From Ranitomeya imitator (lineage: Eukaryota): 64,000 bases of DNA. Of the stretch, positions 11,994 to 25,971 are shown in pieces. How positions within the stretch are numbered: position 1 is the first letter of the stretch; each line of letters begins with the position of its first letter. The stretch covers positions 35,898,001-35,962,000 of the forward strand of contig NC_091282.1 of the NCBI RefSeq assembly GCF_032444005.1, given 5' to 3'. Made by a program: the position numbers and the translations under genes. The notes beneath the pieces were generated by a model. That model did not search any database and was not told where the DNA came from. It was given only the letters and a program-made list of their open reading frames with translations.

Positions 11994-13518
11994 CTTCCAA
12001 CGTAAAGATACCAAATGTACATTTTTGGTGAAGAATCAACAAGTGGAACACAATTGTGAAGTCGAACGAAATTTATTGGTTATTTTAAATTTTTGTGGAA
12101 ATTCAAAAACTGAAAAGTGGGGCGTGCAATATTATTCGGCGCCTTTAACTTAATACTTTGCTTGGGGTTTGTTTCCATCAGTTTTGTACATCGAGAGACT
12201 GAAATTCTTGCCCATTCTTCCTGGCAAACAGCTCGAGCTCAGTGAGGTTTGATGGAGATCGTTTGTGAACAGCAGTTTTCAGCTCTTTCCACAGATTCTC
12301 GATTGGATTGAGGTCTGGACTCTGATTCGGCCATTCTAACATCTGGATACGTTTATTTGTGAACCGTTCCATTGTAGATTTTGCTTTATGTTTGGGATCA
12401 TTGTCTTGTTGGAAGACAAATCTCCGTCCCAGTCTCAGGTCTTTTGCAGACTCCAACAGGTTTTCTTCAAGAATGGTCGTGTATTTGGCTCCATCCATCT
12501 TCCCATCAATTTTAACCATCTTCCCCTTCCCTGCTGAAGAAAAGCAGGCCCAAACCATGATGCTGCCACCACCATGTATGACAGTGGGGATGGTGTGTTC
12601 AGGGTGATGAGCTGTGTTGCCTTTACGCCAAACATATCGTTTGGCATTGTTGCCAAAAAGTTCCATTTATGTTTATCTGATCAGAGCACCTTCTTCCACA
12701 TGTTTGGTGTCTCCAGGTGGCTTGTTCCAAACTTTAAATGACACTGTTTATGGATATCTTTGAGAAATGGCTTTCTTCTTGCCACTCTTCCATAAAGGCC
12801 AGATTTGTGCAGTGTACGACTGATTGTTATCCTATGGACAGACTGGCCCACCTCAGCTGTAGATCTCTGCAGTTCATCCAGAGTGATCATGGGCCTCTTG
12901 GCTGCATCTCTGATCAGTCTTCTCCTTGTTTGAGATGAAAGTTTAGAGGGACGGCCGGGTCTTGGTAGATTTACAGTGGTATGATGCTCCTTCCATTTCA
13001 ATATGATCGCTTGCACAGTGCTCCTTGGGATGTTTAAAGTTTTGAAAATCATTTTGTATCCAAATCCGGCTTTAAACTTCTCCACAACAGTATCACGGAC
13101 CTGCCTGTTGTGTTCCTTGGTCTTCATGATGCTCTCTGTGCTTCAAACAGAAGCCTGAGACTATCACAGATCAGGTGCATTTATACGGAGACTTGATTGC
13201 ACAGAGTTGGATTATATTTATCATCATTAGACATTCTGGACAACATTGGATCATTCAGAGATCCACAATGAAGTTCTGGAGGGAGTTGGCTGCACTGAAA
13301 GTAAAGGGACCGAATAATATTGCACGCTCTACTTTTCAGTTTTTGAATTCCCACAAAAATTTAAAATAACCAATACATTTCGTTCAACTTCTCAATTGTG
13401 TTCCACTTGTTGTTGATTCTTCACCAAAAATTTACATTTGGTATCTTTATGTTTGAAGCATGATATGTGGGAAAAGGTTGAAAAGTTCCAGGGGACCGAA
13501 TACTTTCCCAAGGCACTG
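11994..13518 (-). mobile_element. Tc1 DNA transposon, long TIRs, left TIR missing its outer ~57-60 bp
   Basis: Right end ...GAATACTTTCCCAAGGCACTG+TA (13518); 11994-12130 is the inverse of ~13330-13460. Confidence 0.92.
12150..13127 (-). pseudogene. Tc1 transposase (DD34E), frameshifted, small 3' deletion
   Basis: ORF 13127-12681 MKTKEHNRQVRD..RPGRPSK; ORF 12666-12178 ..[28 protein letters not shown]; TKY-stop remnant at ~12150. Confidence 0.9.
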
Positions 13519-15452
13519 TATGTATGTAGCACTCCCCCTTTGAAGCACTTGATTGAATTTTAATAATTATGAATAAAGTTTCTATATTTTATTATGGATC
13601 TCTTTATTTTTTTCTGGCACTACCAGGTAACAGAATTAGTGTTTATAGAAGAAAGTGGGGCTACAGGGGGAAATAGAACTTTATTTCCTCCCGGGAGTGT
13701 GGGTGGTGACTGTAAACGCTACAAGCATCGCCTCACGACTGAAAGCAAATTTTCTCACTTTCACTCCAGGTGCTAGGCATTTTTCTAACACTATTAACCT
13801 GCAGATTAACCCTATATTTGCAGATAGATAGCCTGTTCTTTTAGCAACAGGTTTTCTTTAAATCGAGTGATTTTTCTTTGCTCCAAACTTTCCCCACGAC
13901 AAGATTGCGAGGTGCTGATGAATTGCGATGACAAACTGGGACCTTCTGAAGACCCCCATGGCTGCCACTGGGAAACTCTTCTGAGGCCTTGATCCCTAGG
14001 ACATCATTGTTAACAGTATATACCAGTGAAATATGAGGAAAATAATCAGTCCAAGAGGAGAAAGAAGCAGATTTATCTGATAAGACATATTACAAAGTTT
14101 CTTATTTTCATGTGTACTATTGATTTATGAAATAAAAATGCTTAGACTTGAACAACGACCCTCAAAACACCAAGTACACAGGCCCATTACGCCTTGCTGG
14201 ATAAATGGCCTGACGGCCTGCCTGTAGGTAAGTAGTGTAGTATAATATTTGAGAGCTCAGTGGCAATTTATAGTGGACACTTTCCATCACCAATACTCAG
14301 TTGTTGGGTGTCCCGGAATAGGGGCTCCTTCCTTGTTCCTAACGTTCCCCGGATTACTGCTGATGGTGAAGATGCCAGGACCACATACCTTGCCTTATCT
14401 CCTGAATCTGCCCGTGGAATATATGACAAATGGTGATTTATGTGTCAGAACCCATGATGGAGGTGAAAAGACGATCATTAAAGATTAATGTCATCCATCC
14501 TGCCACGCTTGATTCCCTTGTAGCTGGGCCATTTAGTGGAGAAGGGTCGGCCGGTAAATCAATTAAGGTTCAGGGTAATTGACTCTGTTGCTCCATTAAG
14601 GAGAGATGGTGATCCAGAAAAATGGCTGCATAGGTAGAGATAATATTTGATGCAATTGTTACAGCTCCGAGGAATAATGGATTGAACATGGGCCTATTAA
14701 TATTCTTCATCTGTATTAACCCCTTCCCACCAAAGGACGTAACTGTATGTTCAGTAATTTACATTAGTCCGACATATGGTTATACCCTGTGGATGGCGCA
14801 GGCTCAGGGGCTTAGTCAGCGCCATCCCAAGCTGTAACATACAGCTATAATGGTCGAGCTAGAACACAGGCCCAATCCAGGTTACATACCCCCTTGGGTG
14901 CCACAGTCAATGGTGACCTTAGTTTCTAAGTGGTTATACAGAAGGAGTTGTGCGTCATCTATCACCTCATCTGTCTATGATGTACCATTGTGTTGTCTTG
15001 ATATCTGAGGGTTTAATAATGTCCCCAATGGCTATCATTTATATATAATAACTAGGTCTCATGTTGACAGGCATAGTGGAATATTGGTAGAGGTCCATGT
15101 GATCAGACATTAAGGATGGATAGATGATTTGTAAAACTCCCTTTCCCACTTTAGAAAGTTATCCCCTATCCAAGTGGTCAGACCCCGACTGATCATGAAA
15201 ACACCCATATTTAATGGAGCAAAAGTGCACATGCTCAACCTCCACTTATAAACTATAGGAAACAGAGGAAGACCGTACTCATTTTCTCCCTGCAATCCAA
15301 TAAATAATGGAGCAAAGGTTGAGCATTCACAACTTCTCTCCATCCAATGTAAAGCTCCGCATAGCCAATGAATAAGGGATAACTTCAACTTTCAAATATG
15401 GAAAATCTCCTATTACCCAAAAGTTATTGTAATGGTAGTGGTAGAACCACTG

Positions 15453-17835
15453 TGTCATGGTCTGAGAAAGGCCTTGAGGGGCGTGACTAGGAGCACCTCA
15501 CTCTTCACTAGAGCCCCTGATGGTGGGGTTAAGCTTGGCTCCCGATGGACACTAGGTGCTACTCCAGGACAGACCTCAGACGCATGGCAACTGACCCATA
15601 AGGGATAGGTAATTGGAAGGGCTTGGTAGGAGAGTACAGCTGATACAAGCAACTACAGAAGGAACCCAGGAACAATAGATGCAGATGGGTAAGGCTGGTA
15701 TACAGGTAGCCTTTGATAGGTGCAGGCAGGTCCAGCTGATATGCAGACTGGCACGGCAGGTGCAGGCGGTTCTGGCTGATTTACAGACTGGCACGGCAGG
15801 TGCAGGCGGGTCCGGCTGATATATAGACTGACAAGGCAGGTACTGCCAAGGAGGTTAGGGACAGAGAGACACTAGTGGAACTAGCAAGAACAACAGACAG
15901 GGACCTGAGACCTAGTTAGCATGTTGGGGACAAACTAAGAACATTGCACAGGCACCTCCATGCAGGTAGAAGTGCCTTAAATAATAAGTGTCTCCCAGAC
16001 ATAGACAGGGGACTCTTTAGGACAGAGCATGGCCCCTATAAAAGAGAGGTAGTGCGCATGCACGCCCTAAGCATAGTGTACGTGTAAGGCGGTCAGGGTG
16101 GTAGTCGTGGCAACGAGCTGTAGTGTTCCTACACCCCGGCGCCCCACAAAAGAAGTGTAATGCCCCTTCTGTTGTATGTGCATTGTGCACAGCAGAAAAC
16201 TCACATTAGTTGCCGGAATCCCCTCTGCTTCTTTTGTTTCGACTCCAGATCCACGGGTCTCACAAACAACTCCAGATACAGTGTCCATTCTTAACAGTTC
16301 AACTTTACTCATCAGCAGGGTTTTCATTACAGATGCGGCACAGTGCGTACATAGTGTCATTCCTAGGGCTTTCCCTGTTCTACGGGCAATCACTGCTGTT
16401 TTTGGACATTCCTAGTCCTCCTGGTGTGACGCTGTAAGAATCTGGCTGCACTCGGATGTCACCCGAGTGCAGTCCTATTAGAGCATGTAGATTCAAACAG
16501 TGAAAAACAGAGAGTGGACCCACTGGACCGTGATGACGAACCCCTCTCGGACGAGCTGACCAGGTGGACCGCCCCTATACAGGGAGAGTTAGGGGCAGGC
16601 CCGTGAGGGACTATCGCCACGGAAGCTGGAGGGTCGACTGAGATCAGATGGGTACACAGCAGGCACAAAGGGAAAGAGGGAACAGAAAGGAACTACTGAG
16701 ACAAGGGAGAAGATGGAAACGCTACGGAGGCACGGAGGCTGGCAGGACAATATGGAGACACTGAGGCTGACGGGAGCAAGGAAAAGATATAGGAGCCGGG
16801 CAGGTACCGCAGAGGAAAAGGAACTGAAGGAACAAGGCAGGAACACAGGAAACAGGCAGGCACGGCAGAGGGCGGAGGAGACCCAAAGTCAGAGAGCTAG
16901 GAACGCACAGAGACCACAGGTGACCAGAAGCACTTGTAAACACAAATGAACATCAGGCACAGAGAAGCAGCAGGAAGCAGCATGGGAGCTACTTCCGGGT
17001 TACAGTCCTCCAGGATGACGGAGAGGACAGGAAAGAGCGCCAACAGAGGAATCAGATGTGCGCACGCGCAGAGCTGAATGCGACGCGCGCGCGCACCCGG
17101 CGAGCTGCAGTGGGGAGAGGCAGCGGCAGCAACGGCATGACACCTGGCAATCAATGCTCTTCCTGGACAATCCCTGTCCCATCTGTGCCGTTAGGCCTAC
17201 CAGCTTCCTTCCATTCGCTTTGTCCAGTTTCAAAGGAAAAGGTAAAAAGTTCATCATCTCAGCTTCACCTAGTCCAAGCCGTAGGCCCCGGGTCCCCTTC
17301 GGAATGGTTACCGTTTATACTGGTGACCGCCTGCACGCCACTCAGCCTGGGGTCCCTTCCTGCCTTAGTAGCTTCACCCCGACGGCTATCAGACTGTCCT
17401 CTCTTAATGCTGCATCATTACTGCCCTATAACCAGGAAGTCCCATCGCTATACTACTGCCCTACACTACGCCAATCTATAACTCCTCCCAGCCTGGAGAA
17501 AAAACCCTTATGCTAACTATACCTATTCTCACTACCATCCTATGCTATCCCTAAACTTATGCACAACACATATCAAGTGCATACGCATTATAGCAGCATT
17601 ACATGAACACATTAACAGTAACAAACACTAGGAAAGCGCACTCAATTTATATGAATACTGTGCGAAGAGGGGAGGCATATAATGACCTCTGTCACCTCCC
17701 TACACTCGCATTGTGAAGACCCCGGGCAGCAGCCGGACAGGAAGGGGGAGGAAGTGCGGGACAGGGGCCATGGCGATGAGTGAGCCGGCGTCCCTGCCAT
17801 GTAGAGGAGCAGCGTGCAGGGACGCCAGTGTTAAA
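15453..17835 (-). mobile_element. Degenerate LTR copy (same family as 21877-22826) split by later insertions
   Basis: 15453-16075 is inverse-similar to ~22030-22800 and 17715-17830 to ~21900-22020; sequence between is inserted. Confidence 0.55.
16425..17142. mobile_element. Solo LTR, 718 bp, 5-bp TSD CCTGG
   Basis: TG...CA ends (TGTGAC...ATGACA), CCTGG at 16420-24 and 17143-47. Confidence 0.8.
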
Positions 17836-18276
17836 GTTGACTTGTTTTAGAGTGGTCCACTATTAGAGGTTTGGGACCTCAATCCAATGCTCCCTGTAAT
17901 AGTGTGTCACCTCAGTCGGCCTGTATGGAGCACAATGTAATTAGGCCTCCATTGGCATTCCCTGTCCTGTATCTGGTGGGGGCATGTCTTTGTACCTCTC
18001 TGCAGGGGGCCTCATTTATACACAACATTACAGACTGGCTGGAGACAAGAATTCAGGGACCCTCTTTCACTCTTTGTATATAATGTTCCATGTGTTTAAT
18101 GGGGAGGGGTGTGAGTATCTGTACCCAACCAGGGGGCAGATGGGGCTGATCCCAAAAAGAAGGTAGAGAAAGGGAAGACACATGTCTGGGGTTGTTGGTG
18201 CTATCTCTTGGAAGAGCTAAGATCTGCTGCTTAGGCCAGATCCTGGTGCCACTACTTGGACATTGAGAGACAGGAG

Positions 18277-18786
18277 ATTATTAGTATTATTATTATTTAT
18301 TATTATAGCGCCATTTATTCCATGGCGCTTTACATGTGAGGAGGGGTGTACATAATAAAAACAAGTACAATAATCTTAAACAAATACAAGTCATAACTGG
18401 TACAGGAGGAGAGAGGACCCTGCCCACGAGGGCTCACAATCTACAAGGGATGGGTGAGGATACAGTAGGTGAGGATAGAGCTGGTCGTGCAGCGGTTTGG
18501 ACTATCGGTGGTTACTGCAGGTTGTTGACTTGTCAGAAGAGCTGGGTCTTCAGGCTCTTTTTGAAGGTTTCCATGGTAGGTGAGAGTCTGATAAGTTGGG
18601 GTAGAGAGTTACAGATTAGGGGGGATGCGCGGGAGAAATCTTGTATGTGATTGTGGGAAGAGGAGATAAGAGGGGAGTAGAGAAGATCTTGTGAGGATCG
18701 GAGGTTGCATGTAGGTAAGTACCGGGAGACGAGGTCACAGATGTATGGAGGAGACATGTTGTGGATGGCTTTGTATGTCATGGTTA
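18277..18786 (-). mobile_element. L2 (CR1-clade) LINE 3' end, continued at ~21367-21390 beyond the MITE
   Basis: ORF2 C-terminus MTYKAIHNMSPPYICDLVSRYLP..LRSS..FSRASP..SLP..FKKSLKT; (TAA)n-type tail; removing the MITE gives LQFKTLTMTYKA. Confidence 0.85.
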
Positions 18787-21366
18787 GGGTACCGTTACAC
18801 TATACGATTTACCAACGATCACGACCAGCGATACGACCTGGCCGTGATCGTTGGTAAGTCGTAGAGTGGTCGCTGGAGAGCTGTCACGCGACCAACGATG
18901 CCGAGGTCCCCGGGTAACCAGGGTAAACATCGGGTTACTAAGCGCAGGGCCGCGCTTAGTAACCCGATGTTTACCCTGGTTACCAGCGTAAAAAAAACAA
19001 ACACTACATACTTACATTCCGGTGTCTGTCCCTTGCCGTCTGCTTCCCGCACTGACTGACTGCCGGCCGTAAAGTGAAAGCACAGCACAGTGGTGACGTC
19101 ACCGCTGTGCTCTGCTTTCACTTTACAGCCGGATGTCAGTCAGTGCGGGAAAGCAGACGGCAAGGGACCTGACGGACACCGGAATGTAAGTATGTGCTGT
19201 TTGTTTTTTTTACATTTACGATGGTAACCAGGATAAACATCGGGTTACTAAGCACGGCCCTGCGCTTAGTAACCTGATGTTTACCCTGGTTACAAGCGAA
19301 CACATCGCTGGATCAGTGTCACACACACCGATCCAGCGATGACAGCGGGAGATCCAGCGACGAAAGAATGTTCCAAACGATCTGCTACGACATACGATTC
19401 TCAGCAGGATCCCTGATCGCTGCTGCGTGTCAGACACAGCGATATCGTATGGATATCGTTGGAACGTCACGAATCGTACCGTCGTAGCGATCAAAATGGC
19501 ACTGTATAAAGATATATGTCGGGAGCACAACCAATATATGAAAATGTAGCTAATAGGGTGCTACACAATGCATAGGAAATGTAAATGCTGAACCGAAAAA
19601 GAAGAAGACAATGCATAAAAGTGTGCACACCTATATATCAAAAGAATAACAACTTTATTATAAGACACAAAGCAATACAAAATATAAAACCATTAAAAAC
19701 ATGTCCCATAAGGATCAAAAAACACAAACACACCATACTGCTTGAATAATAATATTATACCTACAAGCCACAGCCCAAGATGTTAGAAAAATGCTCATAC
19801 ATAAATATGCGTAGATACAAATGTAATCTTATAAATATATACAGGCCGAGCCCTTGTAACATAAGTAAATATATATGTAGCCACACAGAACCTAATAACA
19901 GATGAGCGTCCCCAAAGTTATTAAAACATAAGCCAAACACAGCTGTTCTGCCCTCACTAGCTGAGGCAGGCTCATACGTAGCTATACAGTCAGCTAAACC
20001 GCTATACCGGGGTCCAATAAGGAGACTGTGGTTGAGTCTGTGCTTTATTAAACGTAGTGGTATATTGATGCGGTGAAACTGTGAACAATGATATACATAG
20101 AATCAGTGCATGGCATAGAACAGATACATAATACACATGATATACATTATGCATAACATTTAGAAAGCTAGTGACTAAACTGGGAGTACAACTGGTTAAA
20201 CTAAGCTAATATAGAGCAGGAATATCTATAGGAAGCATAAAGACATACCGGCAATGCAATCGCAAGGGGGATGAAGTGAAGAGTCTTTCCTTGAAGGCAA
20301 ACTGAAGAAAGTGAAAGGAAAAATGGAGGGAAATGGAGGCTGAGCTACCATAATGCATTGCAAAGGAGGAGGAGAATCAGACATGGATAATACAAAAACA
20401 AGATTGAACTGCCAACATAACTCTGGCCGCTAGAGGGAGCCAAAGCATCACAGATGAATAAAGGCATGAATATATCAATACTGTATACTGAGGAAACTGC
20501 AATTATGCAAGCAAATAATCAGGGCAACAATATTAGATGGCGGAGACAGAACAACAGCCAAGTGAAAAAAATGTACTAGGCAAAAGATACCCTATTGCTA
20601 ATAATATATACCCCAAACGGGGAAAGCAAAAGGCCAGAAAAATATATATATGTAGGCTATATCAGCATAGAGGCACAGAAAGACATGCCACTGACAATGT
20701 GTGCACAAAATCACAGCCACAAAATAGAGAAGCAGCAATCATGGCAGAACAATACCACAGTCCAAAAGATGCAAATAGAGCTGTGCAGCCACCTCAAAAA
20801 AATGATGAAAGAGGTGCCAAAAGGATAATAACATATCTAATGGCTGCCATCAGAAAGACCCCCATGCTGGCGACTCTGTGGGCAAACAAGAAGAAGGTGT
20901 GGGAGAATCCCACGCGTATCGCTGCACTGGGGTATATATTATTAGCAATAGGGTATCTTTTGCCTAGTACATTTTTTTCACTTGGCTGTGTTTGGCTTAT
21001 GTTTTAATAACTTTGGGGACGCTCATCTGTTATTAGGTTCTGTGTGGCTACATATATATTTACTTATGTTACAAGGGCTCGGCCTGTATATATTTATAAG
21101 ATTACATTTGTATCTACGCATATTTATGTATGAGCATTTTTCTAACATCTTGGGCTGTGGCTTGTAGGTATAATATTATTATTCAAGCAGTATGGTGTGT
21201 TTGTGTTTTTTGATCCTTATGGGACATGTTTTTAATGGTTTTATATTTTGTATTGCTTTGTATCTTATAATAAAGTTGTTATTCTTTTGATATATAGGTG
21301 TGCACACTTTTATGCATTGTCTTCTTCTTTTTCGGTTCAGCAAAATGGCACTGTGTGACGGTACCC
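18787..21366. mobile_element. PIF/Harbinger (Tourist-like) MITE, TSD TTA, carrying a 1.8-kb secondary insertion
   Basis: TIR GGGTACCGT(T/C)ACAC, TTA at 18784-86 and 21367-69; internal palindromes shared with 31259, 39108, 60365. Confidence 0.85.
19506..21342. mobile_element. Fold-back insertion with 358-bp inverted arms, probably Penelope-like
   Basis: Arms 19586-19943 / 20985-21342 near-identical; 14-bp direct repeat CAAAATGGCACTGT at 19492-19505 and 21341-21354; class is inference. Confidence 0.6.
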
Positions 21367-21876
21367 TTAGGGTTTTGAACTGGAGATCATCTGCCATGCA
21401 CTATTGCCACCCACTTTAGATACTCTGTTGATTAGATAAGTTTTATAAAGGACTAGTGTTTTACTATCTTTGACATTGGATTACTGGGTTGCGTCCCTAG
21501 ATTTGTTCCGTTTGCCATGTTACTGACTCTAGGGAACTGTATTTATGTTTGGTGTAACATTCTCCAAGTGATGCAAGTCAGGAAGATCTACAAGCGGCGA
21601 TAAAGGTAAACGGAGCAGCTGTGTGCGGCGCCTGTGTGAGTGGTGCATTCATAGCCCACTATTACCGCCTGTGATCATCCTGTGATATCATTGTATATAT
21701 GTATCTGCTGCACTCTATCAACTGCTTCACAAAGGCTCTTTTTAGCTGAGTCATTGTTTTTTTTTTGCACATTTAACAAATTCAAAATTTGATCACTTTT
21801 TTGATATTTCTACAGTCTGCTGCCTGCCATATTGCGTTTAAATGATTAAGTTACAAGGTTGTAACATGCAGGCTGG

Positions 21877-22826
21877 TGTAGTGTTGCCATGTCTGCATGC
21901 TGCCACTCTTCCACGGCAGAGACGCCGGCGGCTTACTCACCACCGCAGCCCCCGTCCTGCACTTCCTCCTTCCTCCGTGTCTGCTGATGCCCAGGGTGCG
22001 CACACGGTGCGCCGATCCCCGGGCCCTGTGCTTAGGGAGCACGTGCGCTCCCTCTTTCTTAAAGGGGCTGTACGCGGTGTCCTAAAGTATCCTCAACCAA
22101 TAGCTGGGTGACACTGACTATTTAAGGCACATCCTCCAGCATGGAGGTGCCTGAGCAACGTGGTTAGTTAGCCCTTAGCATGCTTGCTAGTTGTTAGGTC
22201 TCCAGTAACCGCCAGTCAGTCTATCTGTCCTGTACTTGCCTGCCCGTACTTGCTTGGCTACCTCAGTTTCAGCCGCTCCTGTCTGCACCTGTCAGTGCTC
22301 ATCTGTACATTAGCCAGTCTAGTCCACACCTCGCCAGTTCTCATCTATACATCAGCCGGTCCAGTTTGCACCTGCCAGTTCAAATCTGTACATTAGCCGG
22401 TCCAGTCCGCAACTGCTGCTGCTCATCTGTACATCAGCTGGTCCAGTCTACACCTGCCTGTGCTCATCTGTCTAAGAGCCGGTCCAGTCCGCACCTGCCA
22501 GTGCTTCTGTATATCAGCCAGATAAGCCTGCACCTTCCTGTGCCAATCTGTATTCCAGTCGGTCCCATCTGTACCTGTGGTGCCTGTGTTTAATCAGTGC
22601 CTGCCTGCATCTGCTATCCCTCCATACTGGCCATGCCTGCTACCATTTCCTTGGAGGTAAGCTGCTGTGCATCTGTGGTCAGTTCTGGAGTGGCACCTGG
22701 TGTCCATCGGGAGCCAAATCTAACCCCACTATCAGGGGCTATAGTGAAGGGTCAGGTGCTCACCTAGTTACGCCCCTCCAGGCTCTCCTCATACCCCGAC
22801 ACAGTGGTTCCATCATTTGCATTACA
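21877..22826 (+). mobile_element. Solo LTR-like element (Gypsy-type)
   Basis: TGTAGTG...CATTACA ends, TATTTAA box ~22119, C/T-rich short repeats; second copy at 15453; no TSD found. Confidence 0.55.
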
Positions 22827-24045
22827 ACTTGCAACTATCAGCTGAATTTGTATTTGCTTGTGTGGCATCATCCTTTGTTTTGTTTTTTTCTAGACAGATA
22901 TATAGGGTCATGACCCAAAGTGCACCCTTGAAATTGAAAATGAAGTATTTTTCCCAGAAAAATATTGCAATTTCACAGGTTATGTTATAAGATATATAGA
23001 TAAGTTAGATATATAACATAGATATATAAGATAGATTAAGATAGATAACATAAGATAGATAAATAAGATAGACGGACAAGTGTATGAGAATACCAGCCTA
23101 CAGCTGTCATGTTAGCTTGGCTGGTTATCAAAAATGGGGGGACGTCTCGCCGATTTTTAAAATTATTTATTGAAATAATTTTTAAAAAATGGCGTGAGAC
23201 CCCTCTATTTTGATAACATCCATTATAAAGCTGACAGCTGAGGGTTTCAGCCTTCAGTTGTCAGTTTTGCCTACGCTGGTTATCAAAAAGAGAACAGACA
23301 CCACATCAAATTTTTTTATTTATTTATAAGTTTATAGCACAGGCATCAGCTCATGAATACTCTCATCTGCCTCAACTGCTCTCGCTGCTGTCAGTGACAG
23401 CAGGCGTACCCTGATGAGAGTAGTACTCCCATCAGCTGACGCCTGTGACTGGCGGTAACCCTTTTACTGTCGGTGACAGATGCTGACTCACATGCTGTCA
23501 TCGAACATATTTCTCATGCATGCCCAGATAACACACAAACATGCTTAGCTAGCACGATATCTGAGCATGCTCGCCCATTACTAGTGTCCAGATAAATGAA
23601 TATGGCTCATGTCTATACAATGCTTTTTTGCCTGTTTCTATCATTAGGGTGCCTGCTGTGATTAGCTCACATTCCCTCCTCTGTCGAGCTGCTGGCTTTC
23701 TCGCCAGACTTTAGCTCCACAGCTGGCGTTTTCATCGAGAAAAACATTCTGCATTATTGTCAATGAAGAACAAAGGACAAAAGGAGATTGTTAGTTCCAT
23801 AAATCGTGAATTAAGTACCGCCCGGTAGACTGTGGCATATGCGATGCTTATTTACACACGATTTACCATTATACAGCCTCACCTGAGGAGCGTCAAGAGA
23901 ATAATGAAGACTGAGTTCTCCTAAATGTCACGGCTTAAATCACCTCTCAGCCCTGTAGTAATATATTCCTGTGTGTGAGCCCTACAGAAGAATCTACAGA
24001 CTAAAATACCACCAAATTTCACACTATAAATGGCTTAATTTAGTA

Positions 24046-25718
24046 CACTGCTCCAAAAAAATAAAGGGAACACTTAAACAACAGAATATAACTCTAAGTA
24101 AATCAAACTTCTGTGAAATCAAACTGTCCACTTAGGAAGCAACACTGATTGACAATCGATTTCACATGCTGTTGTGCAAATGGAATAGACAACAGATGGA
24201 AATTATTGGCAATTATCAAGACACCCTCAATAAAGGAGTGGTTCTGCAGGTGGGGACCACAGACCACATCTCAGTACCAATGCTTTCTGGCTGATGTTTT
24301 GGTCACTTTTGAATGTAGGTTGTGCTTTCACACTCGTGGTAGCATGAGACGGACTCTACAACCCACAGAAGTGGCTCAGGTAGTGCAGCTCATCTAGGAT
24401 GGCACATCAATGCGAGCAAGAAGGTGTTCCTGTGTCTGTCAGTGTAGTGTCCAGTGGCTGGAGGTGCTACTAGGAGACAGGCCATATATACACATAGGCG
24501 TCAGCAGGTAATATACATGAGGAGACAGGCCAGTAGACCGGGAGATGTGGAGGGGTCCATAGGAGGGCAACAACCCCGCAGCAGAACTGCTACCTTCGCC
24601 TTTGTGCTCGGAGGAACAGGAGGATCACTGCCAGAGCCCTGCAAAATGACCTCCAGCAGGCCACAAATGTGCATGTGTCTGCACAAACAGTTAGAAACCG
24701 ACTCCATGAGGATGGTCTTATTGCCTGACATCCACAGATGGGGTTTGTGCTCACAGCCCAACACCGTGCAGGGCGCTTGGCATTTGCCACAGAACACCAG
24801 GATTGGCAAATTCTCCACTGGCGCCCTGTGCTCTTCACAGATGAAAGCAGGTTCACACTCAGCACATGTGACAGACGTGACAGAGTCTGGAGACGCCATG
24901 GAGAGCTATCTGCTGCCTGCAACATCCTTCAGCATGACCGGTTTGGTAGTGGGTCAGTAATGGTGTGGGGTGGCATTTCTTTGGAGGGCTGCACAGCCCT
25001 CCATGTGCTCGCCAGAGGTAGCCTGACTGCCATTAGGTACCGAGATGAGATCCTCAGACTCTTTGTGAGACCATATGCTGGTGCGGTTGGCCCTGGGTTC
25101 CTCCTAATGCAGGACAATGCCAGACCTCATGTGGCTGGAGTGTGTCAGCAGTTCCTGCAAGATGAAGGCATTGAAGCTATGGACTGGTCCGCCTGTTCCC
25201 CAGACCTGAATCCGATTGAACACATCTGGGACATCATGTCTCGCACCATGCACCAATGTCACGTTGCACTATTATTATTATTATTTATTATTATTATTTA
25301 TTATTATACACTACAGACTGTCCAGGAGTTGGTGGATGCTTCAGTTCAGGTCTGGGAGGAGATCCCTTAGGAGACCATCCGCCACCTCATCAGGAGCATG
25401 CCCAGGCGTTGGACAGTAGAGAGGTCATACAGGCACGTGGAGGCCACACACAATACTGAGCATCTTTTCCTTGTCATGAGGCATTTCCACTGAAGTTGGA
25501 TCAGCCTGTAATTTGATTTTCCACTTTGATTTTGAGTATCATTCCAAATCCAGACCTCCATGGGATGTTCATTTTGATTTACATTGATAATTGTTATATT
25601 TTATTGTTCTGAGCACACATTCCACTATGTGATGAATAAAGATTTACAACTGGAATATTTCATTCAGAGATAATTAGGATATGGTATTTTAGTGTTCCCT
25701 TTATTTTTTTGAGCAGTG
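24046..25718 (+). mobile_element. Tc1 element, 1673 bp
   Basis: TIR CACTGCTC(C)AAAAAAATAAAGGGAACACT / inverse at 25691-25718, TA both sides. Confidence 0.93.
24344..25459 (+). pseudogene. Tc1 transposase (DD34E), frameshifted, with (ATT)n insertion at ~25271-25308
   Basis: [24 protein letters not shown] with 34-residue spacing; stops and frameshifts in N-terminal half. Confidence 0.9.
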
Positions 25719-25971
25719 TATATAGATTTCTTAGACCTGATCAGGCTTCTGTACTTAGTGTACAAATTCATGTCAGAATGGCTACAGAATTAAGTTATTA
25801 TAATGAGCATTTTATGAGTTTAGCAAAAGAGTGAGAGAGCTCATGAGTCCAAGAGTATTCAATCTCCACTCCGACCGACTAACAGCTGCAGCTGGTACAG
25901 ATAAATTTGATATTCAGCAGCAGGGAAGAGGGGCACTGAGGAGCTCTTAATAAGGTTGCATGGGTGAAGAT

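Noticed and set aside
14900-15400. Possible L1/Tx1 ORF2 3' relic (LKWERE)
   Set aside because: Only one short motif; the expected CWRC/HxWWxC motifs were not readable.
16076-17715. Possible Gypsy gag fragment around the solo LTR
   Set aside because: The rejoined minus-strand translation has many stops and no diagnostic motif.
20300-20330. CTGAAGA..GAAA hammerhead-like core
   Set aside because: No credible stem I or stem II can be formed.
20537-21007. 156-aa ORF as a gene
   Set aside because: A-rich, no motif, and it spans the inverted-repeat junction; likely chance.
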